Positions 9,761 to 18,631 of a stretch of 64,000 nucleotides of DNA are shown one piece after another; the stretch's first letter is position 1; each line of letters starts with the position of its first letter. The translations under genes were made by a program, and so were the position numbers. Source of the DNA: an uncultured Rhodobacter sp. (lineage in GTDB: Bacteria > Pseudomonadota > Alphaproteobacteria > Rhodobacterales > Rhodobacteraceae); contig CAZMNO010000011.1 of the NCBI GenBank assembly GCA_964567685.1, positions 1,276 to 65,275 of the forward strand, given 5' to 3'. Below the pieces are notes generated by a model. It had not been told where the DNA came from and did no database searches. It saw nothing but the letters and a program-made list of their open reading frames with translations.

Positions 9761-10227
9761 CACCTGCACCGATCCTTTCGGTCGATCAGGTCTGGCAATG
9801 GCTTGAGACCGTGCCTGATCCCGAGATACCGGTGATCTCGCTGGTTGATCTTGGGATAATCCGTGATGTCGGGCTGAAAGACGGGCAGATCATTGTCACC
9901 GTCAGCCCAACCTATTCCGGCTGCCCGGCGACCAATGTGATCAACGCTGATATCGAAGCGGCACTGCGCCAGAACGGAGTGGAAAATCTGAAGCTGAAGC
10001 GGCAGATTTCCCCACCCTGGACAACCGACTGGATTTCGCAGAAAGGACGCGATGCGCTGCAAAAATACGGCATCGCCCCGCCTCAACCCGGTGGCACGCC
10101 CGCCAGCTGCCCCAATTGCGGCAGCGACGATCTGGAGCGTGTGAGCCAATTCAGTTCGACCCCTTGCAAGGCCTTGTGGAAGTGCCGTGAGTGCCTGGAA
10201 CCTTTCGACTATTTCAAATGTATCTGA
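9754..10227 (+). CDS. paaD: Phenylacetate-CoA oxygenase subunit PaaD (FeS-assembly SUF-like domain plus C-terminal Zn-ribbon)
   Basis: 157-aa ORF with VPDPEIPVISLVDLGII (DUF59/MIP18-like) and a C-terminal CPNCGS...CRECLEPF cysteine motif. It overlaps the paaC stop. Confidence 0.9.
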   Translation: MVTPAPILSVDQVWQWLETVPDPEIPVISLVDLGIIRDVGLKDGQIIVTVSPTYSGCPATNVINADIEAALRQNGVENLKLKRQISPPWTTDWISQKGRDALQKYGIAPPQPGGTPASCPNCGSDDLERVSQFSSTPCKALWKCRECLEPFDYFKCI

Positions 10228-10249
10228 CCTTTTCTGACGGAGGCGCGGG

Positions 10250-11326
10250 ATGGCCCGGTTCCACAATCTGACTGTAACTGACGTAAAGAAAACCATCCGC
10301 GATGCGGTGGTGGTAACGCTGGCCCCGGAAAACGGCGCAGCGGGCGAGTTTGACTTCATTCAGGGCCAATACCTGACCTTCCGCCGTGATTTTGACGGCG
10401 AAGAATTGCGCCGCTCCTACTCGATCTGTGCAGGGCGCGATGACGGGCTTTTGCAGATAGGTATCAAACGCGTCGATGGCGGGGCTTTTTCGACCTGGGC
10501 GAATGAAAACCTCAATCCCGGGGACGTGATTGAAGCCATGCCGCCCATGGGCAGCTTCCATACCGAGCTAAATCCGGAAAAGGCACGGCACTATCTCGGC
10601 TTTGCCGGTGGATCGGGGATTACACCAGTTCTGTCGATCCTCAAGACCATTTTGAAACGCGAGCCCAAATCGCAGTTCACGCTGGTCTATGCCAATCGCG
10701 GTGTGGCCACCATCATGTTCCGTGAAGAGCTGGAGGATCTGAAGAACCTCTATCTCGGCCGTCTCAATGTCATCCATATTCTGGAAAGCGACGCGACGGA
10801 GATCGACCTTTTCACCGGGCTGGTAACAGAAGAAAAATGTGCCGCGCTGTTCAAACTCTGGATCGATATCAAATCGGTCGACACGGCGTTCATCTGCGGG
10901 CCCGAACCCATGATGCTGGGGATATCCAAGGCGCTCAAGGAACACGGGCTGACAGACAGCCAGATCAAGTTCGAGCTTTTCGCCAGCGCCCAGCCCGGGC
11001 GTGCCCGGCGCAAAGCGGTCGCGGCCGATGCAGCAAGCGGCGCCAATATGACCGAGGCCGCGGTAACCCTCGATGGCACGACACGATCATTCCAGATGCC
11101 CAAAGACGGGCAGTCCGTGCTGGAAGCGGCGATTGCAAACGATCTTGACGCGCCCTTTGCCTGCAAGGCCGGAGTCTGCTCGACCTGTCGCGCCAAGGTG
11201 CTGGAAGGCGAGGTCGAGATGACCGCAAATCACGCGCTGGAAGATTATGAAGTTGCACAAGGCTATGTGCTGACCTGCCAGTGTTACCCGCTGACCGACA
11301 AAATCGTCGTCGATTACGATCAATAG
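10250..11326 (+). CDS. paaE: Phenylacetyl-CoA epoxidase reductase subunit (FNR-like FAD/NAD domains plus plant-type 2Fe-2S ferredoxin)
   Basis: 358-aa ORF with RSYSI flavin motif, GGSGITP NAD motif and a C-terminal CKAGVCSTCRAKV...C ferredoxin cluster. Confidence 0.92.
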   Translation: MARFHNLTVTDVKKTIRDAVVVTLAPENGAAGEFDFIQGQYLTFRRDFDGEELRRSYSICAGRDDGLLQIGIKRVDGGAFSTWANENLNPGDVIEAMPPMGSFHTELNPEKARHYLGFAGGSGITPVLSILKTILKREPKSQFTLVYANRGVATIMFREELEDLKNLYLGRLNVIHILESDATEIDLFTGLVTEEKCAALFKLWIDIKSVDTAFICGPEPMMLGISKALKEHGLTDSQIKFELFASAQPGRARRKAVAADAASGANMTEAAVTLDGTTRSFQMPKDGQSVLEAAIANDLDAPFACKAGVCSTCRAKVLEGEVEMTANHALEDYEVAQGYVLTCQCYPLTDKIVVDYDQ

Positions 11327-11335
11327 GAGTGCGCA

Positions 11336-12097
11336 ATGTCTGACACCATGACAATCGACGATTATCTCGCTCAGGGCGGCGTGCTAAGCTCGCCTGAAAA
11401 TGCACCCCCCCGGTATCGTGCCGAACTGCTGCGCCTGATGGCCACCTTTGTTGACAGCGAACTGGCAGGTGCCGCCGGGTTTGCCGATGTGATCAATCAG
11501 GGGCCGGGCATCAAGGAACGGATCGCCGCTGCCAAGATCGTGCTGGAGAAAACCCATAATGCAGGGCGCGTGCTTGAAATCATGGGGGATTTCGGCGCCA
11601 ATTCGGCGAAATATGCAACGCATCACCCGTGGACACAGCGTCTTGACCGCGCTGCCGATATCGGGGCCACGCGCACTGAAAGTGACATGCGGCTGGCAGT
11701 GTTCAACTACCCGCTTGAGGGCTGGGCCGATGCGGTGGTGATGAACCTTCTGATGGGGCTGGCCGTGAATGAGCAGCTGGCAGAGCTCGGCACCATCTCT
11801 TACCAGCCGCTGGCCAAAGCATTTCGCAACCTCGCCCCGATTGAGGCACGCCATGCAGAGCTAGCGGATGAAGGGGTTGAGAATCTGCTGAAAGCAGGAG
11901 TTTCAAAACAGGAACTGTCCGCAGCGGTCACCTATTGGTGGCCTCGCGTTTCCGCCAGTTTTGGCAGTGAAAAATCTGATCGGGCCGAGGCATTGCAGGC
12001 CTTCGGGTTACGCCGGTCATCAAATGCCGAGCTGCGCAGCCGCTGGCAGAAGACTGCAAAAGCAGCCCTTGAAAAGCATGGGTTAGATGCCCCCTGA
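11336..12097 (+). CDS. Additional PaaA/PaaC-like ferritin-fold (phenylacetic acid catabolic family) protein
   Basis: 253-aa ORF that aligns by eye with PaaA: FVDSELAG vs [16 protein letters not shown] vs QDEAGHG, FNYPLEGWADA vs [19 protein letters not shown] vs KEESFHAR. It starts 10 nt after paaE. Confidence 0.75.
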   Translation: MSDTMTIDDYLAQGGVLSSPENAPPRYRAELLRLMATFVDSELAGAAGFADVINQGPGIKERIAAAKIVLEKTHNAGRVLEIMGDFGANSAKYATHHPWTQRLDRAADIGATRTESDMRLAVFNYPLEGWADAVVMNLLMGLAVNEQLAELGTISYQPLAKAFRNLAPIEARHAELADEGVENLLKAGVSKQELSAAVTYWWPRVSASFGSEKSDRAEALQAFGLRRSSNAELRSRWQKTAKAALEKHGLDAP

Positions 12098-12947
12098 CAT
12101 TGGCAGACAAACGACCCGCAGGGGGTTGAATTACCCTCAGCAAGACCTGCCCGATGACAGGTTTGAAACAACGCGGCAGGCGCTTTCAAGTGGCGATGAT
12201 CTCAGGGTCTGGTCGGTACTTGTCACCATTTTCGGCGATCTGGCAGATCGTCCCGGCGACCGGATCTCGGGCTCCGGTCTCAGCAATCTGACAGCGCTTC
12301 TGTCAATCCGCCCTGAAGCTGTTCGCGTCGCCCTCCATCGCCTGCGCAAGGACGGCTGGATCGACAGCGAAAAGGAAGGGCGGTTTAGCTGGTATTTCCT
12401 GACCGAGACAGGCTTGCGCGAAAGCGCCATTGCGCGCAAGCGCATCTATGCATGCGCGGTCAAACCTCCCGAGCACTATCGCTTGCTTGCCGCCCAGGCG
12501 ACGTCGCAATCACTTAGATCAGAAACGCAACGGGCTTTATTGGCCGAGGGGTATGTCACCCTTGTGCCCGGCATGTATCTTGGTACCGAGACCGCCACTC
12601 AGCCGCCCGAGGATCATCTTGTTTTTGAAGGACAAATCACCGCCATCCCGGACTGGCTGAAGGCCGAGCTTGCCCCAGAGGCCCTGTCATTGGGGTATCA
12701 GGCGCTTGAAAAAGCCCTCAACTCGCTGCGCACGACGCTGGGGGAGAACCCAAACCTGCCGGTCCTCAAAACCGCCGCCCTCAGAACCCTGATCGTCCAT
12801 TCCTGGCGTCGGCTCCTGCTGCGCCACGCCGATCTGCCTGATGCGTTCTACCCTGACACCTGGCGTGGCCCGGCCTGTCGGCGTCTTGTCAACATATTGC
12901 TTGAGCAGCTGGAGCGCCCCGATCCTGAGGTTCTGGCCGGATTTTAA
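12087..12947 (+). CDS. paaX: PaaX-family transcriptional repressor of phenylacetate catabolism
   Basis: 286-aa ORF. The N-terminal winged-helix region (VWSVLVTIFGDLA...RVALHRLRKDGWI) is typical of PaaX. It overlaps the preceding gene by 11 nt. Confidence 0.8.
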   Translation: MPPDIGRQTTRRGLNYPQQDLPDDRFETTRQALSSGDDLRVWSVLVTIFGDLADRPGDRISGSGLSNLTALLSIRPEAVRVALHRLRKDGWIDSEKEGRFSWYFLTETGLRESAIARKRIYACAVKPPEHYRLLAAQATSQSLRSETQRALLAEGYVTLVPGMYLGTETATQPPEDHLVFEGQITAIPDWLKAELAPEALSLGYQALEKALNSLRTTLGENPNLPVLKTAALRTLIVHSWRRLLLRHADLPDAFYPDTWRGPACRRLVNILLEQLERPDPEVLAGF

Positions 12948-12959
12948 GTCAGGTCAGAT

Positions 12960-13337
12960 TCAGGCCGCGTTCTTCAGAACGTTCCAGCCAAATATCAGTG
13001 TACCAAGTACCATGGCCACCTCGCCTATCGACAGCACAGGGCCGATCGTTGCCCCAGCCACGAATTCGCCCAGCATCAGGAACAGGCCACCGACCATGAC
13101 CAGCGCGCCGACTTGATGCAGCCAGAAATGCAACCGCGCAAACCCGTTATCTGCAAGCGCCGGAAATACCTTATAGACGACGGCAAACACGGTCATCAGG
13201 GTAAATCCCACCAGATTGATATGCGCATGAACCGGGGCCAGCCGGAAATCCTCTGTTGGACCCATATACATACCCAGACCCATGCCCACCAACAGATAGA
13301 GAATGCCGATCAAAAGAAATCCACGTGCAACGTTCAT
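12960..13337 (-). CDS. Small 4-TM membrane protein with a conserved-looking HAH motif (function unknown)
   Basis: 125-aa ORF with four hydrophobic helices. PVHAHINLVGF resembles a histidine-bearing helix of heme-copper oxidase-like proteins. No family assigned. Confidence 0.5.
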   Translation of the reverse strand: MNVARGFLLIGILYLLVGMGLGMYMGPTEDFRLAPVHAHINLVGFTLMTVFAVVYKVFPALADNGFARLHFWLHQVGALVMVGGLFLMLGEFVAGATIGPVLSIGEVAMVLGTLIFGWNVLKNAA

Positions 13338-13529
13338 GATAATGCCCCCCCGTTTTACTTATCGCCGGATTGATCCGGTCGAGCGCTTCCATCTATAGCG
13401 GATTTTCCACCCCTGACCAAATTCGATCAAAAATTTCCAGCGATCCAGGCGCCGAAACCCGTCATCTATCCTTGCAACCAACCGGCGCAGCCCCCATCCT
13501 TTTCAACCAGTGCTGACAAGGGCAATGAC

Positions 13530-14246
13530 ATGACTGAACTCTTGATGGATCCCGCTGTCTGGGCCTCGTTCCTGACGCTGACAATTCTAGAAATCGTGCT
13601 GGGGGTCGATAATGTCATTTTCATTTCGATCACCGCTTCGCGCCTGCCCGAAAAGCAACGCCGCTCGGCCCGGCTTATCGGATTGAGCGGTGCGCTCATC
13701 ATGCGCATCGGTCTGCTGTTTTCAATCGCCTGGATCATCGGACTGACTCGACCGATTGTGACCCTACAGGGCTATACGCTAAGCTGGCGTGACCTCATCC
13801 TTCTCGCGGGCGGCTTTTTCCTGCTTTACAAGGCGAGTACCGAAATTTTTGCTGAAATGGAGCCCGCCGAAAAAGGACCGGTATCGGGCAAGGCGACATT
13901 TCTGTCTGTCATCGTTCAGATCATCATTCTGGATATGGTGTTCTCGCTTGACAGCGTCATCACCGCTGTTGGCATCGCCGATCATCTGGAAGTGATGGTC
14001 GCTGCAGTGGTGATCGCGGTCCTGATCATGATGGTGGCTGCCGAACCCATCGCCGGTTTTGTCGAGCGCCACCCCTCGACCAAAATGCTGGCGCTGGCGT
14101 TTCTGGTCATGGTTGGCATGGCGCTTATTGCCGATGGGTTACACCAGCATATCGAGCGTGGGTTCATATACGCAGCGATGGTGTTTGCAGGGGCTGTTGA
14201 AGCGCTGAACCTGATCCGGGCAAGGCGTCGGAAAGAGCGGGTTTGA
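13530..14246 (+). CDS. TerC-family integral membrane protein
   Basis: 238-aa ORF. LEIVLGVDNVIFISI and the duplicated FSLDSVITAVG motif are characteristic of TerC/Alx-type proteins. Confidence 0.88.
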   Translation: MTELLMDPAVWASFLTLTILEIVLGVDNVIFISITASRLPEKQRRSARLIGLSGALIMRIGLLFSIAWIIGLTRPIVTLQGYTLSWRDLILLAGGFFLLYKASTEIFAEMEPAEKGPVSGKATFLSVIVQIIILDMVFSLDSVITAVGIADHLEVMVAAVVIAVLIMMVAAEPIAGFVERHPSTKMLALAFLVMVGMALIADGLHQHIERGFIYAAMVFAGAVEALNLIRARRRKERV

Positions 14247-14267
14247 GAGTACGTAACCAGATTGGAT

Positions 14268-15164
14268 CTATGCCTTTTGCTGCCGTCCCAGCACCTCGAC
14301 CAGACCGGCGAGGATGATCAGAATCGAGCCCAGAAATTCCCTCAAACCAAACACCTCGCCCGCAAACAGAGCCGCCGACGTCACGCCGACAACGACCTCG
14401 CTCATCAAGAGGATGCCAATGCGTCCCGGGCTGAGTTGACTGGCGGGCCAGACTGTCAGAAACAACATCGGGACGATGTAAACCACTGATAACAGTGCCA
14501 GAGGCACCGCCTGCATCGCCACCTCGTGTGAAGGCGTGACCCCCAGAAGGTCACCGTCAACCGACAACGCTATGAGGGTGACGATCAGGGCCGAGAACAG
14601 AAAAGACAGAATCTGTTCAATCGTCGCGACCGGCCCCATTTGATAGAGCTTCAGCGACCCGTAAGCCCACACCACGCCTGAAAACAACGCCATCCAGTCA
14701 CCCAGATTGCGCGGCCAGGGAAACTCGGTTCCCAACCCCAGAACCACCAGCATGCCGACAATTCCAAGCAAAAGAGAAGCCGCGCGTGGCAGCGTCAACC
14801 GCTCGCCCAGTAGCGCAATCCCCATCAGGGTGCTCCAGACCGGTGTCAGGTAGAAAAGCAGGATCGTGCGCACAACATCGGTCAGCAAAAGACTGGTCGC
14901 ATAGGTGGCAAAGGCAGTGCCGGTAAACAATCCGCTGATCAGCAAGGGCCGCCAATGGGTGCGAAACCCGCGCCAGTGCCACAGAGCCAGCGGCAACAGC
15001 ACAACCGACGCCATTCCGTAAATCATCGCCCCGGGCCAGGCCCCGTCCACACCCAAATCGGCAAAGGCACGCAGCGGCAGCCACAGCAACCCCCACAACG
15101 TCCCGGCCAGGACGATCATCGCACTTGGCAGAAGATCAGAGCGGATGGCAATGTCGCGGTTCAA
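14268..15164 (-). CDS. DMT-superfamily (EamA-like) transporter
   Basis: 298-aa ORF with about 10 TM helices and two EamA-like halves. Confidence 0.8.
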   Translation of the reverse strand: MNRDIAIRSDLLPSAMIVLAGTLWGLLWLPLRAFADLGVDGAWPGAMIYGMASVVLLPLALWHWRGFRTHWRPLLISGLFTGTAFATYATSLLLTDVVRTILLFYLTPVWSTLMGIALLGERLTLPRAASLLLGIVGMLVVLGLGTEFPWPRNLGDWMALFSGVVWAYGSLKLYQMGPVATIEQILSFLFSALIVTLIALSVDGDLLGVTPSHEVAMQAVPLALLSVVYIVPMLFLTVWPASQLSPGRIGILLMSEVVVGVTSAALFAGEVFGLREFLGSILIILAGLVEVLGRQQKA

Positions 15165-15353
15165 GAAATGCCCCTTCCCTGAGCGAAAACTCCATCACGC
15201 AACGCTAAACCGAATGCCCTTTTGCGCCAATAAAAAAACCCGTCAGGCACCAATTTCCGCCGGATTATTCATTTCTCTGCTAAGACGCAAATTTTCACCA
15301 TATCCCCTTGCGCATCGCGTTCATATCCGTATAACCCACCTGACCAAAAGGAG

Positions 15354-15428
15354 GCGGGCGTAGCTCAGTGGTAGAGCACTTCGTTGCCAACGAAGATGTC
15401 GTGAGTTCGAATCTCATCGCCCGCTCCA
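15354..15428 (+). tRNA. tRNA-Gly (anticodon GCC), CCA encoded
   Basis: Manual cloverleaf: acceptor GCGGGCG/CGCCCGC, D-arm GCTC-AGTGGTA-GAGC, anticodon arm CTTCG-TTGCCAA-CGAAG (anticodon GCC), variable ATGTC, T-arm GTGAG-TTCGAAT-CTCAT, discriminator T, CCA. Confidence 0.95.
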
Positions 15429-15604
15429 ATACACTCCCACTTAGATACTCACTGAAGCCCAAAAACCCTTATTTTTAAGGTGGTTCTGTGCTATAGTGTT
15501 CTCATTGATCAACATGGCAAACCATAGAATTCTTGCCATTTGTTGGACAAGAGAGTGTCAATAGCCGCTTACTGGCGCACAAATTCGCGCTTTCAAAGCC
15601 GGAC

Positions 15605-16039
15605 CTAAACGATTCCGTCGCTCTGATGGATCCGGACTATTCCTTGACATGATGCCATCGGCCGGAAAGTTTTTCGTTTGGCATATCGCGATGAAGGACA
15701 ACAGCGCACATTATTGATCGGCGACCATCCTGAAACACGATTAGCAGATATCAGCTGCCCAAATATCCACCCGATGACAAGCACGATCACGCTTATCCAA
15801 AAATCATACGGTGAATATGGTGTGGCACCGATGAGTTGTGCAAGCGATGCTATTTCACTGCAAACGCCTGTACTTGAATACAGGCAGGTCAGATAGTCTT
15901 GCAAAGAGCCGCCAACGTTCCTGACAACATCCTGATAAAACACCGCCCATCAGGCAAGGCTACCCAACCCGCCAAAGAAACCGACTATCATGAATGCCGA
16001 CGCAAGAAATATTGAAAAGAAATTCCGGACGTCTGCCAT
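15605..16039 (-). pseudogene. Possible interrupted small membrane-protein gene inside the tRNA-adjacent islet
   Basis: ATG at 16039 opens MADVRNFFSIFLASAFMIVGFFGGLGSLA. An in-frame TGA follows at 15952-15950, and the frame then continues as WAVFYQDVV..., which is the 112-aa track ORF 15605-15943. Two hydrophobic segments; no recognisable family. Confidence 0.3.
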
Positions 16040-16556
16040 TTGTTTACCGAACCCTTTCGCGAACTACTTCTTCACGCATCTGCGAAATGGTCCGATGTAG
16101 CTCACGTATGTCCCGGGGGCGCACTCATAGCGTTTGGAATTCGCGTTGTTCGGATCAGATGCAAGGCAGGCGTTGGATTTCTCTGTGTCCGGCAATCCCA
16201 CCTTCGATGATCGCCCCGGTTTGGGCTCTGATACGCAACTTTGCACGCGCGCCAGTGTCAAAACCCGAGGTTCAGCGCCTCTAGACAGTCAGAAACTAGT
16301 CGGTTGGTTCATCCCCGAAGGCTTCCCTCGTCTGCAGCGGTGGTCGCGATGGCCAATCCGGTGGCGCTTTTCTGATATTTTATTCCATTCGGGCAGAGCA
16401 GGTACGTTCCGCCGGGTCCGTGATCTGCCCGAGCGCACAGGAGCGGCGACAAGACCCTTCAAACAGTTAAGATCTACCCAATTTCACAGAGTTCTCAACC
16501 GGACATCCCGTTTATTCTCCACTCGATCTGATCCGCTCCACCAATCCCGTTGGCCC

Positions 16557-17810
16557 TTACCCGGCAATCTCGTGCATCACGGCCAGAAACCGTGCCACTT
16601 CGGCCAGGTCGTTATAGTGGCACATTGAAACGCGCACGCAGCTGTCCAGCCCCAGCGGGGTGAGGATATTGCCGGAATAGTGATCAGCTTTACGCAAATG
16701 CGTGCGGATGCCCTCGTCATTGAGCCGCTTCACGACATCCACCGAGGGCACGGCCTTGACGACCAGGGCGACAAGCCCCTCGCGGGCTGGATTGTCGGCC
16801 CCACCAAGGATAGTCACGCCCTCAATTTCAGCAAGCCCGGGCAGGTTTCCGGTTCCGTGGATCATCGCATCCGTCAGGGCTTTTTCCTGCGCGTGAATGG
16901 CCTCACCGGCGGCTACGAACTTGGCGCGCCGATCACCGCTGGCTCCAACTTCCTCGCCCAGCCACTCAAAATAGGTCGCAAGATCGCTGAGTGTCGCATA
17001 AGCCCCTGTATCCCGCGTTCCCATTTCCCAGTTATCCGCAGGGCCGTCGATCAGGCTGTTATGAGGCAGCGCCGTCAGCCGGTCGGATATCCAGGCCAGC
17101 CCGTAACCGTGGCGCGAGAAGACCTTGTAGGGCGAAATCACATATCCATCGATATCATAACTTTCGATGTCGATGCGCCCATGGGCAGCGTGCTGAATGC
17201 CATCGACGATGATATAGGCCTCCGGCGCAACCGCACGGATCGCAGCCGCACATCCGGCCAGATCAACACCCATACCGGTGACCGGAGAGGTATGAAGAAT
17301 GGTGGCAACAACGGTATCAGGCGTAACCGCCGCAGCATATGCCGCGGGCTCGATTGCGCCGGTCGCATCATCATGGGCGATCAGCACATGCTTTTGCCGC
17401 GCGATCCCCGCCCAGCGCGCTGCGGCGCTTCGCGTGGCCGGATGCTCAAGCGTTGAGCCAAGCACAACCCCGCCTTCCGAGGTGCCAAGACAGGCGTTCA
17501 TGATCAGGCGGAACAACAACTCGGTCCCGCTTTCCCCGACGAAGAATTGCCCACCCGGCGCGTTCATGAAAACGCCCATATCTTCTTTGGCCTTGGTGAT
17601 CACCCGCACAAGTTCGTGACTTCCATGATTATCACGGCCCTGATTGTCGGGAATCGCTGCATATTGCGCGGACGTTTCAACCACAGACTTGAGCGTCAGC
17701 GCACCACCGGCATTCTCAAAAAAGATCCGTGGACCCTGCTCGGGGCAATGGTCGATCTGCTCAAATCTGCTGCGGATGCGTTGCAACAGCTCTTCGGTGA
17801 TTTTCGTCAT
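16557..17810 (-). CDS. Class-V aminotransferase-fold PLP-dependent enzyme
   Basis: The track ORF is 450 aa. The likely true start is the internal ATG at 17810 (MTKITEELLQ...), because the upstream 33 aa are Cys/Ser-rich junk. SPYKVF provides a lysine in the PLP-binding position, and the overall cysteine-desulfurase/kynureninase-like layout fits. Confidence 0.82.
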   Translation of the reverse strand: MTKITEELLQRIRSRFEQIDHCPEQGPRIFFENAGGALTLKSVVETSAQYAAIPDNQGRDNHGSHELVRVITKAKEDMGVFMNAPGGQFFVGESGTELLFRLIMNACLGTSEGGVVLGSTLEHPATRSAAARWAGIARQKHVLIAHDDATGAIEPAAYAAAVTPDTVVATILHTSPVTGMGVDLAGCAAAIRAVAPEAYIIVDGIQHAAHGRIDIESYDIDGYVISPYKVFSRHGYGLAWISDRLTALPHNSLIDGPADNWEMGTRDTGAYATLSDLATYFEWLGEEVGASGDRRAKFVAAGEAIHAQEKALTDAMIHGTGNLPGLAEIEGVTILGGADNPAREGLVALVVKAVPSVDVVKRLNDEGIRTHLRKADHYSGNILTPLGLDSCVRVSMCHYNDLAEVARFLAVMHEIAG

Positions 17811-18034
17811 GTGCCATCCGGTAGAATCTGCTTTCACTGGCGCCGACGATAGGCAGCAGCTACAGGAATTGCACTGATAAATCCACCGCAACCACCCGGA
17901 AAAATCCACCCATTTATCATAGGGTAAAACCCGTCAACCTTGACCAGATTGGAATGAAGGGCCAGCCCAACTCGCTCGGGCGCAATCGCATCATTTTCGA
18001 CGCGTGTAATCCAGCGTCTGACTGAAACAGCACC

Positions 18035-18595
18035 CTAGTGCTTAAATCCGTCAATCCCGACAGAAACAAATGTCGCCGCCAGTGCCGACTTGTTTTTCAG
18101 CGTTACACTCACCTGCCCGCCCGGCAGATCAAAATAGGTCGCGGCATAGTAATCCGGGTGATTAACCGGCTGACCATCTTTCTCGCGGGCAATGTCGCCA
18201 AGGCAGGTGCGTATCTCACCAAGATACCGCTCATAAGTTTCCTGTGCTGCCGCATCCTGATACGCAAACTCCCAAGCGCATTGATAGGCGCGCTTGGTAA
18301 TATCATCCAGTATCACACAATAGAGCGCACCGGGCAGTGGATGGGTCGTTTGATAACCCCCAAACCGGCCACCGTTCTCGCCCAGAATCCCGGCAAAACC
18401 TGTTTCCGACTGATCCACTAAATAGCGGATATCATGGCATAAATCTCTTTCATCTGCCGAAGATATCTGCCAGATCGCCGACAGAAAGGCACCCGCAAAA
18501 GCAATGAACGGCAGACCAAATCGACCCCTTGCGTAACCGCGCCATGCTGGCCACAACCTGTGCATCTCCTCAAACGCTTTTCTCAATTTGCGCAT
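18035..18595 (-). CDS. Hypothetical protein with an N-terminal membrane anchor
   Basis: 186-aa ORF with one hydrophobic segment (GLPFIAFAGAFLSAIWQI). Same strand as, and immediately downstream of, the GT39 gene. No recognisable motif. Confidence 0.5.
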   Translation of the reverse strand: MRKLRKAFEEMHRLWPAWRGYARGRFGLPFIAFAGAFLSAIWQISSADERDLCHDIRYLVDQSETGFAGILGENGGRFGGYQTTHPLPGALYCVILDDITKRAYQCAWEFAYQDAAAQETYERYLGEIRTCLGDIAREKDGQPVNHPDYYAATYFDLPGGQVSVTLKNKSALAATFVSVGIDGFKH

Positions 18596-18631
18596 GACGA
18601 CTTAATAAACTCTTTTCAACTGGTCGCAAAG

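Noticed and set aside
13338-13529. Possible yybP-ykoY (Mn2+) riboswitch upstream of the TerC-family gene
   Set aside because: TerC/Alx genes often carry this riboswitch. I could not find the conserved GGGGAGUAG and matching 3' core elements in this 190-nt region. The only thing seen is a CCGGATTGATCCGG palindrome (13365-13378). cmsearch with the Rfam yybP-ykoY model would settle it.
15950-15952. In-frame TGA in the islet ORF as a selenocysteine codon
   Set aside because: There is no SECIS-like hairpin immediately downstream that I could see, no redox-motif context (the residue is not in a CxxU/UxxC setting), and the locus looks degraded. A simple nonsense mutation is more parsimonious.
17811-17909. 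N-terminal 33-aa extension of the aminotransferase ORF (MDFSGWLRWIYQCNSCSCCLSS...)
   Set aside because: It is Cys/Ser-rich and unlike the family N-terminus. The internal ATG at 17810 yields MTKITEELL..., a typical start. The extension is treated as non-coding.
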